Positions 29,378 through 38,328 of a DNA stretch of 54,077 nt are shown here, in pieces. Below the pieces are notes generated by a model. It did no database searches and was not told the origin of the DNA. It worked only from the letters and a program-made list of their open reading frames with translations. The position numbers and the translations under genes are program-made. Origin of the DNA: Verrucomicrobiota bacterium (GTDB lineage Bacteria > Verrucomicrobiota > Verrucomicrobiia > Limisphaerales > UBA11358); NCBI GenBank assembly GCA_049521735.1, contig JBEKON010000009.1, forward strand, positions 1 through 54,077, in the 5' to 3' direction. The first letter of the stretch is position 1, and every line of letters begins with the position of its first letter.

Positions 29378-29536
29378 ATGAATATATTATTACTCATGGT
29401 TATTCTTCTTCTCTTGTTCGGCGGCGGCGGGTTTTACTTTGGAGGTCCCGTCATCGGCGGCAGCGGGCTTGGCCTGATTCTGGCGATATGCCTTATCGTC
29501 TATTTCCTGGGCGGATTCCGCACGAAAAACCCGTAG
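29378..29536 (+). CDS. Small hydrophobic Gly-rich membrane protein (DUF3309-like?)
   Basis: Own translation gives MNILLLMVILLLLFGGGGFYFGGPVIGGSGLGLILAICLIVYFLGGFRTKNP* (52 aa, below the track cutoff), with two predicted TM helices. Confidence 0.4.
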   Translation: MNILLLMVILLLLFGGGGFYFGGPVIGGSGLGLILAICLIVYFLGGFRTKNP

Positions 29537-29604
29537 GCTGGCGCGACGCGGGCTTTTGTCACATCTTCCGCGTTTAAAATAGCCGGGATTTGTTTCACGT
29601 CCGT

Positions 29605-29640
29605 CCTCACCCCGGCCCTCTCCTCCAGGAGAGGGAGAAT
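29605..29640. repeat. REP-like element family A (short-loop variant)
   Basis: cctcaccccggccctctcctccaggagagggagaat. A related ttctcctgggggagaagg hairpin lies at 29719-29758. Confidence 0.8.
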
Positions 29641-29821
29641 CGCACGCCGACTTTTTGGAGAGCCCGCGACTGAATTAGCTGAACGGTCTGCCGTAAAACC
29701 AGAAATGCATATTGGCTGTTCCTTCTCCTGGGGGAGAAGGTCAGGTTGAGGGTGAGCGTCAAAACAAACTTCTAAAGCCTTCGCTGAAATTCCGCACAGG
29801 CTTTGGCCATGTCTGCAACTT

Positions 29822-31411
29822 TTATTTCGCGTTAATCCCGTCCAGCACCGGCGAGTTCCGAATCACCACATTTGTGACTGAATCGAGCGTGGCCGCCGGC
29901 ACGCCATCGGCAAGCTGCGCTTTGAAGTTGTCCACTTCGAGTCCGTCCACATCCGAACAAGCCATCGCAGGACGAAAGTCATTGGTTACAAAACTCAGGT
30001 TGATGTTTGCCAGTTCCAGGCCGCGAACGTGGCGGGCAAAAACGCCGTAAGCGGGCATTACCCCAATCCGGCTGGGTTCGGGATAACCGGTGCCGAGTTC
30101 CGGCGCGATGCGCGCGGCATTTTCCTTTGTCCCGCCGCCTTTGAAAATGAGCCGGATGTTGTCCAGACGCACCCCTTCCAGCGGCTGGCCGGGCGTGCCG
30201 GTGATTTGGATGCCGCTCATTGGATCAACACCGGTGGCCACCACATTGGAAATGAGAATGTTCCGGCCTTGGCTGTGAGTGGTGACATTCGGCCCGCGAT
30301 TGCGGTCGCCCAGCGTGATGTAAATGGGATACCCGGCGACATCCATCATGCTAATGTTGTTGATGGTGATGTTTTCCATGATGCCACCGTCCACTTCCTC
30401 CAATGCCAGCCCATGGCAACTGCGGAATGTGCAATTGGCCACGGTGATGTTGCGGAAACCGCCGCTGGCCTCGGTCCCGAACTTGATTCGACCCGTTCCG
30501 CGTCCCGGTTTCATCGTGCCGTCGAGCAGCGTGCCTTCCTTAAAACCGGAGACCTGGCAATTCACAATGGTCAGATTTTCCGTAATGACATTCCGGCCCA
30601 GCGCAAAACTGCTCTTGGGGCACAAGCCGTCGTCGCGCGGCGAATTGATTTTGCAATTGGAAACCGTCGTGTTGCGGCAGCAATCGATGTCAATGCCGTC
30701 GCGCTGGGTGTCAATCGTCACGTTGTCCACGTTCAGATTGTCGCAGCCGGTGGCCAGAATGGCGAAATGGCCGCCGTGAAAAATCGTGAAGTCGCGCAGC
30801 AGCACGTTGCGGCACAGCTTGAGCGCGATGGCCTTGTTGCCAATACGGACGGGCGGCAGATTTGTGGCTGAAGGCCCAGGTGTGCCGTCATGGTTGAAGC
30901 CGCACATCTGGTCGAGCACCTTGGGGTCGCGCACCAGCCCGCCGCCGTTGATCATGCCGGTGCCGGTGATGGAAACGTTCGTGAGATTTTCGCCCCAGAT
31001 GAGGCTGTTGTGGAAATACGTGTGCCCGCCGTCCTGATAGCCACCGCGCGTGTATGGCTCGGTCTCGTCATAGGCGTTCAAGTCCTGCGGCGCGCCGAGA
31101 ATCACCGCGCCGGCGTCCAGATACAAATGGATGTTATTGGTCAGGTGGATGCTGCCGCACAGATACGTGCCTGCCGGAACAAAAACTGTTCCCCCGCCCG
31201 CCGCCGACGCAGCCCGGATCGTCCTGTCAATGGCCGGATTGTCCAATGCCTTGCCGTCGCCAATCGCGCCAAAACTCCGCACGTTGAAAACTGTTTTGTG
31301 CGATGCGGGCGTTAATTCGCAGCCGGTTTGAAAAAATGCTCCCAGCGATACGATGCAAAGCACGGCGATTTTTGACGACAAGCGACAGCGGAAGATGCGT
31401 TGGAATTTCAT
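29822..31411 (-). CDS. Pectin-lyase-fold glycoside hydrolase (GH28-like)
   Basis: FNVRSFGAIGDGKALDNPAIDRTIRAASAAGGGTVFVPAGTYLCGSIHL plus parallel beta-helix repeats. I set the start at MKFQRIF (31411), which gives a lipoprotein-like signal (..FFQTGC). Confidence 0.8.
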   Translation of the reverse strand: MKFQRIFRCRLSSKIAVLCIVSLGAFFQTGCELTPASHKTVFNVRSFGAIGDGKALDNPAIDRTIRAASAAGGGTVFVPAGTYLCGSIHLTNNIHLYLDAGAVILGAPQDLNAYDETEPYTRGGYQDGGHTYFHNSLIWGENLTNVSITGTGMINGGGLVRDPKVLDQMCGFNHDGTPGPSATNLPPVRIGNKAIALKLCRNVLLRDFTIFHGGHFAILATGCDNLNVDNVTIDTQRDGIDIDCCRNTTVSNCKINSPRDDGLCPKSSFALGRNVITENLTIVNCQVSGFKEGTLLDGTMKPGRGTGRIKFGTEASGGFRNITVANCTFRSCHGLALEEVDGGIMENITINNISMMDVAGYPIYITLGDRNRGPNVTTHSQGRNILISNVVATGVDPMSGIQITGTPGQPLEGVRLDNIRLIFKGGGTKENAARIAPELGTGYPEPSRIGVMPAYGVFARHVRGLELANINLSFVTNDFRPAMACSDVDGLEVDNFKAQLADGVPAATLDSVTNVVIRNSPVLDGINAK

Positions 31412-31553
31412 ATTTGGGACGGGCAACTTATAAATTTCGGACTGAAGATGCAACCCCCGGACACGTGGGCCGCCAAAACATCACGTCAACCGGTGTCTGA
31501 ATTCCGCACAGGAATAGCCGCAAAAGGGCGCAAAAGACACAGAGATTTTTTTA

Positions 31554-31626
31554 GGTAGGGCTCGCTGTCCCTAGCGAGCCGATTTTAGACCGGATAAACG
31601 GCGCGATGCGGAGATCGCGCCCTACC
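31554..31626. repeat. Family B element bounded by GGTAGGG...CCCTACC
   Basis: ggtagggctcgctgtccctagcgagcc...ggcgcgatgcggagatcgcgccctacc. Confidence 0.85.
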
Positions 31627-31661
31627 ATTTACCTCTGTGCCTTTGCGTCTTTGCGTGAACT

Positions 31662-32333
31662 TTATTCCAGCCTTTGCCGGAATTCAGCACAGGCCTTCGT
31701 GACATCGGTCGCGTTCAAAATCGCCGACACGACGCAGATGCGTTTTGCTCCTGCTGCCAGCACGTCGCCGAGATTTTCCAAATTGATGCCGCCGATGGCG
31801 AACCACGGAATGTTTACGTTCGCCGCCGCCCAGCGGACGTATTCGAGTGTCACGGGTTTTGCAGTCGGCTTCGTGCCCGTCGTATAGACCGGCCCGATGG
31901 CAATGTAATCCGCACCCGCCGCCAGCGCGCGCCTGGCCTGTTCCGGCGCGTGAGTCGAAAGACCAATTTTCGATTTAGGTAGGGTCGCACCGCCGGGGCG
32001 ACCGACAGAAGTTCCGCCTCCCAATATCGAACGCGCGGGCCGCGCGTCCCTACCAAAAAAATCCTCCTGGCCGAGATGGCAAAAATCCGCGCCGACCTTA
32101 CGCGCGATTTCCAGATGGTCGTTGATGACCAACCCGACATTCGCGCGCCGCGTGACGGGCAGAATTGCCTCGGCCATCCGGCGAATTTCATCCGGCGTGG
32201 ATTTTTTGGCGCGGAGCTGGATTAAATCCGCGCCACCGTCGCAGAGTTGCTGCGCGACAACTTCCGGCGCGCGGCCATGCAAATAGGCCGTGTCAACGAA
32301 CGCGTAAAGCCAGCAGTCCACAAGCAGTTTCAT
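31662..32333 (-). CDS. thiE: Thiamine-phosphate synthase (carries an in-frame repeat-element insertion)
   Basis: LYAFVDT........GADLIQLR.K......LVINDHLEIA..VGADFCHLGQED...IGLSTH....A...GADYIAIGPVY.T.TK....IPWFAIGGI. I set the start at the Met at 32333. Confidence 0.85.
   Translation of the reverse strand: MKLLVDCWLYAFVDTAYLHGRAPEVVAQQLCDGGADLIQLRAKKSTPDEIRRMAEAILPVTRRANVGLVINDHLEIARKVGADFCHLGQEDFFGRDARPARSILGGGTSVGRPGGATLPKSKIGLSTHAPEQARRALAAGADYIAIGPVYTTGTKPTAKPVTLEYVRWAAANVNIPWFAIGGINLENLGDVLAAGAKRICVVSAILNATDVTKACAEFRQRLE
31978..32054. repeat. Family B element bounded by GGTAGGG...CCCTACC inside the thiE coding sequence
   Basis: ggtagggtcgcaccgccggggcgacc...acgcgcgggccgcgcgtccctacc. It is translated (minus strand) as ..GRDARPARSILGGGTSVGRPGGATLP.. 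Confidence 0.8.
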
Positions 32334-32422
32334 GGAAACATTGAACAACAAAGTAACTAAGTAACAAAAGAAAACTTTAAAGAAACACCTATACTTCGTT
32401 CCTTTGTTCCTTTGTTGTTCAT

Positions 32423-32459
32423 AAAAACAAAAACGGCAGCGGGAATTTTCCCGCCGCCG
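32423..32459 (-). terminator. Rho-independent terminator downstream of the PFK gene
   Basis: Minus strand reads cggcggcggg-aaaatt-cccgctgccg (10-bp stem, one G-U pair) followed by TTTTTGTTTTT. It begins 17 nt after the PFK stop. Confidence 0.8.
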
Positions 32460-32476
32460 TGTGAATTCGGAAAATT

Positions 32477-33763
32477 TTACTTCAAACCTGCAAGATAGCC
32501 AAAGCGGGCGCGGAATTGTTCCGACGTCAATTTGACTACGGCGGCGAGCTTGGCGAGTTGTTTTGCGTCCTCAAAATCCCCGCGTTTGAGCCGGGTCATG
32601 TAGGCGCAGGCGCATTCAAATGGCTCGCCGTCCACATTGACGCGGCGGTTTTGCATGCGGCCGGTCTTCGGGTCGAGCATTTTCTCGAACGGCAGCGGAT
32701 TCATTTTGCCGTCCACGAAGCTGATGATGGCGCCGTATTTTTTGGCTTCGGGCGACTGGAGGAATTTCACCGCGGCATAGCCGAGGTCGCGCGTGTATTC
32801 GGCGTCGAATGGAATCGGGTCGGCGCAGCGGAGTTCATAACCGACGTCCTTTGTAATAAAAGCCATTTTGAGGCCGAGCTTTTCGAGGCGGACGGTTAAA
32901 AGGTCTTTCATCAGACGACCGAATTCGATTTCGGCCATGCGCAAATGGCCGTGCTCGTCGTGGGCAATCTTGCCGTAGCGTCCCAATTCGCCTGCGGGCA
33001 TTGCTTTGACCAAGCCTTCCTCGCCCATCGATTCAATCAGGCCTTCGGCGAGAATGACGAGGCCGTGTTGCGTGCCTTCGGCCCGGCGTTTGATAATGGA
33101 ACCGATGATGATGTCGCACACCTCATCCACCGTGACCTGCCGGTTGCGAAATTCCTCCCCGATGACGACGAGCGCGGACGCCGCCGCCTTGCCTATGCCG
33201 AGCGCGAGATGCCCCGCCGCGCGTCCCATGGCGATGACGATATACCAGCGCGACGTGGTGCGCGCGTCCTCCATCAGGTTGCGAACGAGCTGAACGCCGA
33301 TGTGCCGGGCAGTTTCAAATCCGAATGTCGGCGTCACGCCGGGCAGCGGCAAATCGTTGTCAATCGTCTTGGGCACGTGCGCCACTTGGATTTTCCCATT
33401 GCTGCGCTTGGCGACCTGGCTGGCGGAAAACGCCGTGTCATCGCCGCCAATTGTCACCAGCATCGTGATGCCCAGCTGTTCCAAAACCTTGAACACATTC
33501 TGCATGCTGGTCTCGGATTTGGTCGGGTTCGTGCGCGAAGTGCCGAGGATCGAACCGCCGCGCAAATGAATATCCATCACGTCATGAATCGTCAGCGGCC
33601 TGCAATTTTGCGCGTCGCCCGCCGCAAGCCCCTTGAAGCCGTCACGGAAGCCGATGACTTCAAAGCCCTGGTTGATGCCTTCGATGGTGGCCGCGGCGAT
33701 GACGCCGTTGATGCCCGGCGCCGGGCCGCCGCCGACCAGAATTCCCATTTTGCCTTTGCTCAT
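32477..33763 (-). CDS. 6-phosphofructokinase, PfkA family (GGDDT signature suggests PPi dependence)
   Basis: GILVGGGPAPGINGVI, TIGGDDTAFSA and VPKTIDNDL motifs. The Asp in GGDD (versus GGDG in ATP-PFKs) is the reported PPi-type discriminator. Confidence 0.9.
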   Translation of the reverse strand: MSKGKMGILVGGGPAPGINGVIAAATIEGINQGFEVIGFRDGFKGLAAGDAQNCRPLTIHDVMDIHLRGGSILGTSRTNPTKSETSMQNVFKVLEQLGITMLVTIGGDDTAFSASQVAKRSNGKIQVAHVPKTIDNDLPLPGVTPTFGFETARHIGVQLVRNLMEDARTTSRWYIVIAMGRAAGHLALGIGKAAASALVVIGEEFRNRQVTVDEVCDIIIGSIIKRRAEGTQHGLVILAEGLIESMGEEGLVKAMPAGELGRYGKIAHDEHGHLRMAEIEFGRLMKDLLTVRLEKLGLKMAFITKDVGYELRCADPIPFDAEYTRDLGYAAVKFLQSPEAKKYGAIISFVDGKMNPLPFEKMLDPKTGRMQNRRVNVDGEPFECACAYMTRLKRGDFEDAKQLAKLAAVVKLTSEQFRARFGYLAGLK

Positions 33764-33863
33764 GTGTATTTATTGGTTGTTGATGAAAAAATGAAATCGT
33801 AGCAGCTTGCACAAAGATTGGAAAAAATTCAATTCCATTCTTGGTCATGGTAGGTATTTCATT

Positions 33864-33894
33864 GGTAGGGATGCCGCGCCGCGGCGTCCCTATC
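33864..33894. repeat. Family B element, short single-hairpin form
   Basis: ggtagggatgccgcgccgcggcgtccctatc. Confidence 0.75.
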
Positions 33895-33899
33895 TTAAA

Positions 33900-33926
33900 A
33901 ATCTGCGCAATCTGCGTAATCTGCGG
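33900..33926. repeat. Short tandem 'stutter' array (9-nt period x3)
   Basis: aatctgcgc aatctgcgt aatctgcgg. Confidence 0.8.
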
Positions 33927-33950
33927 ATAAAAGAACGGCTTTAAACGAAC

Positions 33951-33999
33951 CACCTCACCCCGGCCCTCTCCCCCAACTTCGTTGGCGGAGAGGGAGAAT
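33951..33999. repeat. REP-like element family A
   Basis: cacctcaccccggccctctcccccaacttcgttggcggagagggagaat, essentially identical to 19447-19495. Confidence 0.9.
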
Positions 34000-34083
34000 C
34001 ATTGTCAGTCGGTCGGCGTTACAAGCATCATTGAATGTTCGTGCCTTGGCGTCTTTGCGTGAAAAATCCGTTCTTATTGAAAG

Positions 34084-34111
34084 CTTGAAACTTGAAACTT
34101 GAAACTTGAAA
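34084..34111. repeat. Short tandem array (7-nt period x4) just upstream of gmhB
   Basis: cttgaaa x4. Confidence 0.9.
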
Positions 34112-34122
34112 CTCAACAGCAA

Positions 34123-34683
34123 ATGAACCGGGCCGTGTTTCTCGACCGCGATGGGACGCTTATCGTGGAAAAAAATTATCTGTGCCGGACGGAGGACGTG
34201 GAAATTTTTCCGTCCACACCAGCCGGCTTGAAACGGCTTTGCGCCGCAGATTGGAAATTGTTCATCATCTCAAATCAATCCGGCATCGGGCGCGGCTACT
34301 TCACGCTTGCGGACGTGGAACGCGTCAACGAGCATCTTTGCCGCGAACTGGCGCGCGACGGCGTGCGTTTTGAGAAAATATACATCGCGCCCGAAGTGCC
34401 CGGCCAGTCGGGCCGCGGGCGCAAACCGTCGCCGCAATTTTTATTCGACGCGCGCGATGAATTTGGCGTGGACCTCGCGCAAAGTTTTGTGATTGGCGAC
34501 AAGCTGGCCGATTTGGAATGCGGCTGGAACGCGGGCGTAAAAAAAAGCATCCTGGTTCGCACCGGCTACGGCGCGGAACTCGAACGGGCGGAACCGGACA
34601 AACTGAAGCGCGCGGTGATTGTGGACGATTTGCGCGGCGCAGCGGAGTGGATTCTAAAAAACGAACTCAGAATTAAGAATTAA
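34123..34683 (+). CDS. gmhB: D-glycero-D-manno-heptose 1,7-bisphosphate phosphatase (HAD-IIIA)
   Basis: AVFLDRDGTLI, FIISNQSGIGRGYF, RKPSPQ and VIGDKLADLECG motifs. I set the start at the ATG at 34123; the track's upstream TTG lies inside a 7-nt tandem repeat. Confidence 0.85.
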   Translation: MNRAVFLDRDGTLIVEKNYLCRTEDVEIFPSTPAGLKRLCAADWKLFIISNQSGIGRGYFTLADVERVNEHLCRELARDGVRFEKIYIAPEVPGQSGRGRKPSPQFLFDARDEFGVDLAQSFVIGDKLADLECGWNAGVKKSILVRTGYGAELERAEPDKLKRAVIVDDLRGAAEWILKNELRIKN

Positions 34684-34701
34684 GAATTCAGAATTTAACA
34701 C

Positions 34702-36567
34702 ATGTGCGGCATCATCGGATACGTCGGCAAAAAAGCGGCCTCGCCCATCCTGCTTGAAGGATTGCGGCGGCTGGAATATCGCGGCTACGACAGCGCGGGC
34801 ATCGCTGTGTTGCACGACGGCGAACTGCTCGTCCGCAAGAAAAAGGGGAAAATCAGCGAAGGCCTCGCGCGCCTTTTGAAAGCCGAACTGGTCGCTGGAA
34901 ACCTCGGCATAGGCCACACACGCTGGGCCACGCATGGCCCGCCGTCCGACCAGAATTCCCATCCGCATCTCGATCAATCCGGCAAAATCGCCGTCGTTCA
35001 CAACGGCGTCATCGAAAATTACGACGCACTCAAACAAAAACTGCTCAAGGCCGGGCACACATTCCGTTCCGACACCGACACCGAAGTGCTGGCGCATTTG
35101 ATTGGCGATTATTATTACGGGAAACGACGCGGGCGGAATGGTAAAGGCAACTCGAATCCGCTGACACTGGCCGTTTGCGATGCGCTGCGTGAAGTCATCG
35201 GCGCTTACGGCATTGCAGTCGTTTGTGCCGACCAGCCCGACACCATCGTCGGCGCACGGCGCGGTTCGCCGCTCATCATCGGCATCGGCAAAGGCGAAAA
35301 TTTTCTCGCCAGCGACGCCAATGCCATCGTCGCCCACACGAAAAAGGTCGTTTACCTGAATGATTACGACGTGGCAACCGTTACGAGCAAGCGGTTTGAC
35401 GTTTTGAATTTGGGCGCCGACACCGCCAACGTGCAGATCAGCAAGCTCGCATTCAGCCAGGAAGACGCCGTGCGCGGCAAGTTTGCACACTTCATGCTCA
35501 AGGAAATTTTCGAACAGCCACGCACCGTGGAAAACGCCCTGCGCGGTCGCGTGGACATCAAAGGTGCGACCGCCAAGTTCGGCGGTTTGAATCTGACGCC
35601 CGCGCAATTGCGCTCAATCAAACGCATCGTTATCGCCGCCAGCGGCACGAGCTGGCACGCGGCGCTGGTGGGCGAGTATTTGATTGAAGAACTCGCGCAG
35701 ATTCCGGTCGAAGTCGAGTTCGCCCATGAATTCTGTTACCGCAACGCGCCGCTCGAACACGACACGGTGCTGCTGGTCATTTCGCAATCCGGCGAGACTG
35801 CCGACACGCTCGCCGCGTTGCGCAAAGCCAGGCATTGCGGCCATCGCGCGCTCGCCATCGTCAATGTTGTCGGCAGCACCATCGCGCGCGAATCCGACGG
35901 CGGCATTTACATGCACGCCGGACCGGAAATCGGCGTCGCCTCGACGAAAGCCTTTGTTTCGACGCTGACCATTTTAGCGCTGCTGGCCGTCCACTTGGGC
36001 CGGATGCGGCAGCTTTCGGCCCATCGCGCATTGGAAATTCTGCGCGCGCTCGAAGCCGCGCCCAAGCAGCTTGAATCCATCCTCGCGCAGAGCGACGCGT
36101 TCAAAAAACTCGCGCTTAAATACGCGAAGGCCGACGATTTCTTTTTCCTCGGACGCGGTTACACATTCCCGATTGCGCTGGAAGGCGCGCTCAAGCTGAA
36201 GGAAATTTCCTACATCCACGCCGAGGGTTATTCAGCGGCGGAAATGAAGCACGGCCCGATTGCGTTGATTGACCCGCAGACGCCGACGGTTTTTGTGGTG
36301 CCGCAGGATTCAATGTATGACAAGACGATGGCGAATCTGGCGATGATTCGTGCGCGCAAAGGTCCCATCATCGCGCTGGCCACCGAAGGCGACAAACAAA
36401 TCGGGAAGGTGGCCGACGACGTGATTTACCTGCCGAAGACACTGGAACCGATTTACCCGATTCTGGCGACTGTGCCGCTGCAACTGTTCGCGTATCACAT
36501 CGCCGTCGCGCGCGGCTGCGACGTGGACAAGCCGAGAAATCTGGCCAAGAGCGTGACGGTGGAGTGA
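34702..36567 (+). CDS. glmS: Glutamine--fructose-6-phosphate aminotransferase
   Basis: MCGIIGYVG at the N-terminus (the nucleophile Cys), two SIS domains, and the C-terminal ..DVDKPRNLAKSVTVE typical of GlmS. Confidence 0.95.
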   Translation: MCGIIGYVGKKAASPILLEGLRRLEYRGYDSAGIAVLHDGELLVRKKKGKISEGLARLLKAELVAGNLGIGHTRWATHGPPSDQNSHPHLDQSGKIAVVHNGVIENYDALKQKLLKAGHTFRSDTDTEVLAHLIGDYYYGKRRGRNGKGNSNPLTLAVCDALREVIGAYGIAVVCADQPDTIVGARRGSPLIIGIGKGENFLASDANAIVAHTKKVVYLNDYDVATVTSKRFDVLNLGADTANVQISKLAFSQEDAVRGKFAHFMLKEIFEQPRTVENALRGRVDIKGATAKFGGLNLTPAQLRSIKRIVIAASGTSWHAALVGEYLIEELAQIPVEVEFAHEFCYRNAPLEHDTVLLVISQSGETADTLAALRKARHCGHRALAIVNVVGSTIARESDGGIYMHAGPEIGVASTKAFVSTLTILALLAVHLGRMRQLSAHRALEILRALEAAPKQLESILAQSDAFKKLALKYAKADDFFFLGRGYTFPIALEGALKLKEISYIHAEGYSAAEMKHGPIALIDPQTPTVFVVPQDSMYDKTMANLAMIRARKGPIIALATEGDKQIGKVADDVIYLPKTLEPIYPILATVPLQLFAYHIAVARGCDVDKPRNLAKSVTVE

Positions 36568-36640
36568 TTGTAGAAGACGCAGGCGGATTACAGTATGAAG
36601 ACGATTGCTTTCCTTGCTGACAGTCTGCTAAAGGAATTTC

Positions 36641-38299
36641 ATGAGATTCGTCATGGAAATTGCGAAGTCCAGCGATTCACTTGAAGCACTCCGGCTCGAA
36701 GCCGAGCAAGGAGATTCCAAGGCGCAAAGTGATTTGGGATTACGCTATTACATGGGCGAGGGCGTAACTAAAGATTTCACGGAAGCTCTAAAATGGTATC
36801 GCAAGGCGGCTGAACAGAACGAAGCGTCAGCACAAAACAGCATAGGTCTCTGTTACGCCAGCGGCCAAGGTGTCAAACAAGACCTGACCCAAGCTGTTCA
36901 ATGGTATCGCTTGTCCGCAGAAAAAGGTAACCGCTGTGGCCAAAACAACCTTGGAACGTGCTATGACGAAGGGCAGGGTATTGCCCAAGATTCGGCTCAA
37001 GCAGTCGAATGGTATCGTCGCGCTGCCGAACAAGGGAACAGCGAAGCCCAAAACAATCTCGCAATTTGTTACGAACAGGGGCGTGGTGTGCAAAAAGATT
37101 TGTCCGAAGCAGCCAGGTATTACCGGCTTGCTGCGGAACAAGGCCACGAATACGCCCAGAGGAATCTCGGCTTGTGCTATCGGGACGGATTGGGTGTTTC
37201 TCGGGATGCAGTCGAGGCCATCAAATGGCTTCGGAAGGCAGCCGATAAAGAATTTGTTCCTGCACAGTTGTCGCTTGTCTTGACTTATAGAAATGGCCGC
37301 GGTGTTCCCAAAGACCAACAAGAAGCACTCAAATGGCTGCGTAAAGCAGCCGAAAATGGAGATGCAAACGCCCAGACTTGGCTGGGGCTCGTGCACTACT
37401 TAGGCCGCGACCTGCCACGCGACTTGGCAGAATCAGCCAAATGGTTTCGGCGGGCGGCTGAAGCCGGAGAGGCTGCTGGCCAATCGAGCTATGGTCGTCT
37501 TTTGTTGACTGGTCAGGGTATCGGCAAAAATCCGATCGAAGCCGTTCAGTGGTTTCGGAAAGCGGCGACTCAAGGAGATGCACACGGAGAATACTGTCTC
37601 GGTGTATGCTACGCTAGCGGACTCGGAACGGACAAAGACTTTGACGAGGCTCGTAGGTGGTTTCAGTTGGCTGCCCGGAAGAATTATTTAGATGCCAAAT
37701 ATCGTCTTCGACTGCTTTTTTTCCAAAAGCATTCGATTTTGAAATGGCGTAACATCGTCATTTCAACTCTTGGTTGCGCACTGCTGATTTTGCATGGAGT
37801 CCGTTTTCCCATTTCAGTCAATGGTTTTGCCATAGCAGCTTTCCTCGGAATTCTTGCCACCAGTGGCGTGGTCTTCATTGCAGCCATGGCATTGATGGAA
37901 AAGTTAGGTGTGAAAGTATTGGATGAAAAGGAGGCAGACGCGATCAATGAGCGGCTTTTTTCTATGTTGAGAAAAGAACCTTGGAGACTTCTGCTCATTC
38001 CAGCAGAGGATGGCGTCTTTCTTTTGCCTCTGCTCTATGTTGGAATTAGCCCCGTCTCGGCTGCCGTGGCAGCTTTCCTTTTTGCGGTGGCTCACTACCC
38101 CGGCTTTCCATGGCGATATTGCATACCCAAGGGCATAGCCTATTTCTTCGTGGCGCTGTTTATTCTTCCCTATGGCATCTGGTCTGTCGTCGTAGCTCAC
38201 CTGATTGTTGATGTCGGCCTATGGGTGGTCATGTTGGTGGTGAAGGTGGAAGGGAAACCGACTTGGCGCCGGCTTCTCCGAGTATTACGAACTGAATGA
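36641..38299 (+). CDS. Sel1-repeat protein fused to a polytopic CPBP-like (CAAX-protease-like) membrane domain
   Basis: About 9 Sel1/SLR repeats (A..WYRKAAEQG...AQ..LG.CY..G.GV..D). These are followed by 5-6 TM helices containing FAVAHY and VVAHLIVD, which resemble CPBP motifs 2 and 3. Confidence 0.75.
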   Translation: MRFVMEIAKSSDSLEALRLEAEQGDSKAQSDLGLRYYMGEGVTKDFTEALKWYRKAAEQNEASAQNSIGLCYASGQGVKQDLTQAVQWYRLSAEKGNRCGQNNLGTCYDEGQGIAQDSAQAVEWYRRAAEQGNSEAQNNLAICYEQGRGVQKDLSEAARYYRLAAEQGHEYAQRNLGLCYRDGLGVSRDAVEAIKWLRKAADKEFVPAQLSLVLTYRNGRGVPKDQQEALKWLRKAAENGDANAQTWLGLVHYLGRDLPRDLAESAKWFRRAAEAGEAAGQSSYGRLLLTGQGIGKNPIEAVQWFRKAATQGDAHGEYCLGVCYASGLGTDKDFDEARRWFQLAARKNYLDAKYRLRLLFFQKHSILKWRNIVISTLGCALLILHGVRFPISVNGFAIAAFLGILATSGVVFIAAMALMEKLGVKVLDEKEADAINERLFSMLRKEPWRLLLIPAEDGVFLLPLLYVGISPVSAAVAAFLFAVAHYPGFPWRYCIPKGIAYFFVALFILPYGIWSVVVAHLIVDVGLWVVMLVVKVEGKPTWRRLLRVLRTE

Positions 38300-38328
38300 A
38301 AAAAGTTCTCCTGAATGTTATCATTCCT

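Noticed and set aside
29785-31512. A direct repeat tga(a)attccgcacagg on both sides of the GH28-like gene (29785-29800 and 31498-31512).
   Set aside because: The exact match is only ~12-14 nt. Dozens of chance 12-mer matches are expected in 54 kb, and no other signs of mobility are present.
32334-32476. A TPP riboswitch upstream of thiE.
   Set aside because: The region consists of stutter repeats plus the PFK terminator. I found no CUGAGA/ACCUGA-type TPP core motifs on the minus strand.
34684-34701. A glmS ribozyme upstream of glmS.
   Set aside because: Only 18 nt separate gmhB from glmS. There is no room for the ribozyme, and it is not expected in this lineage.
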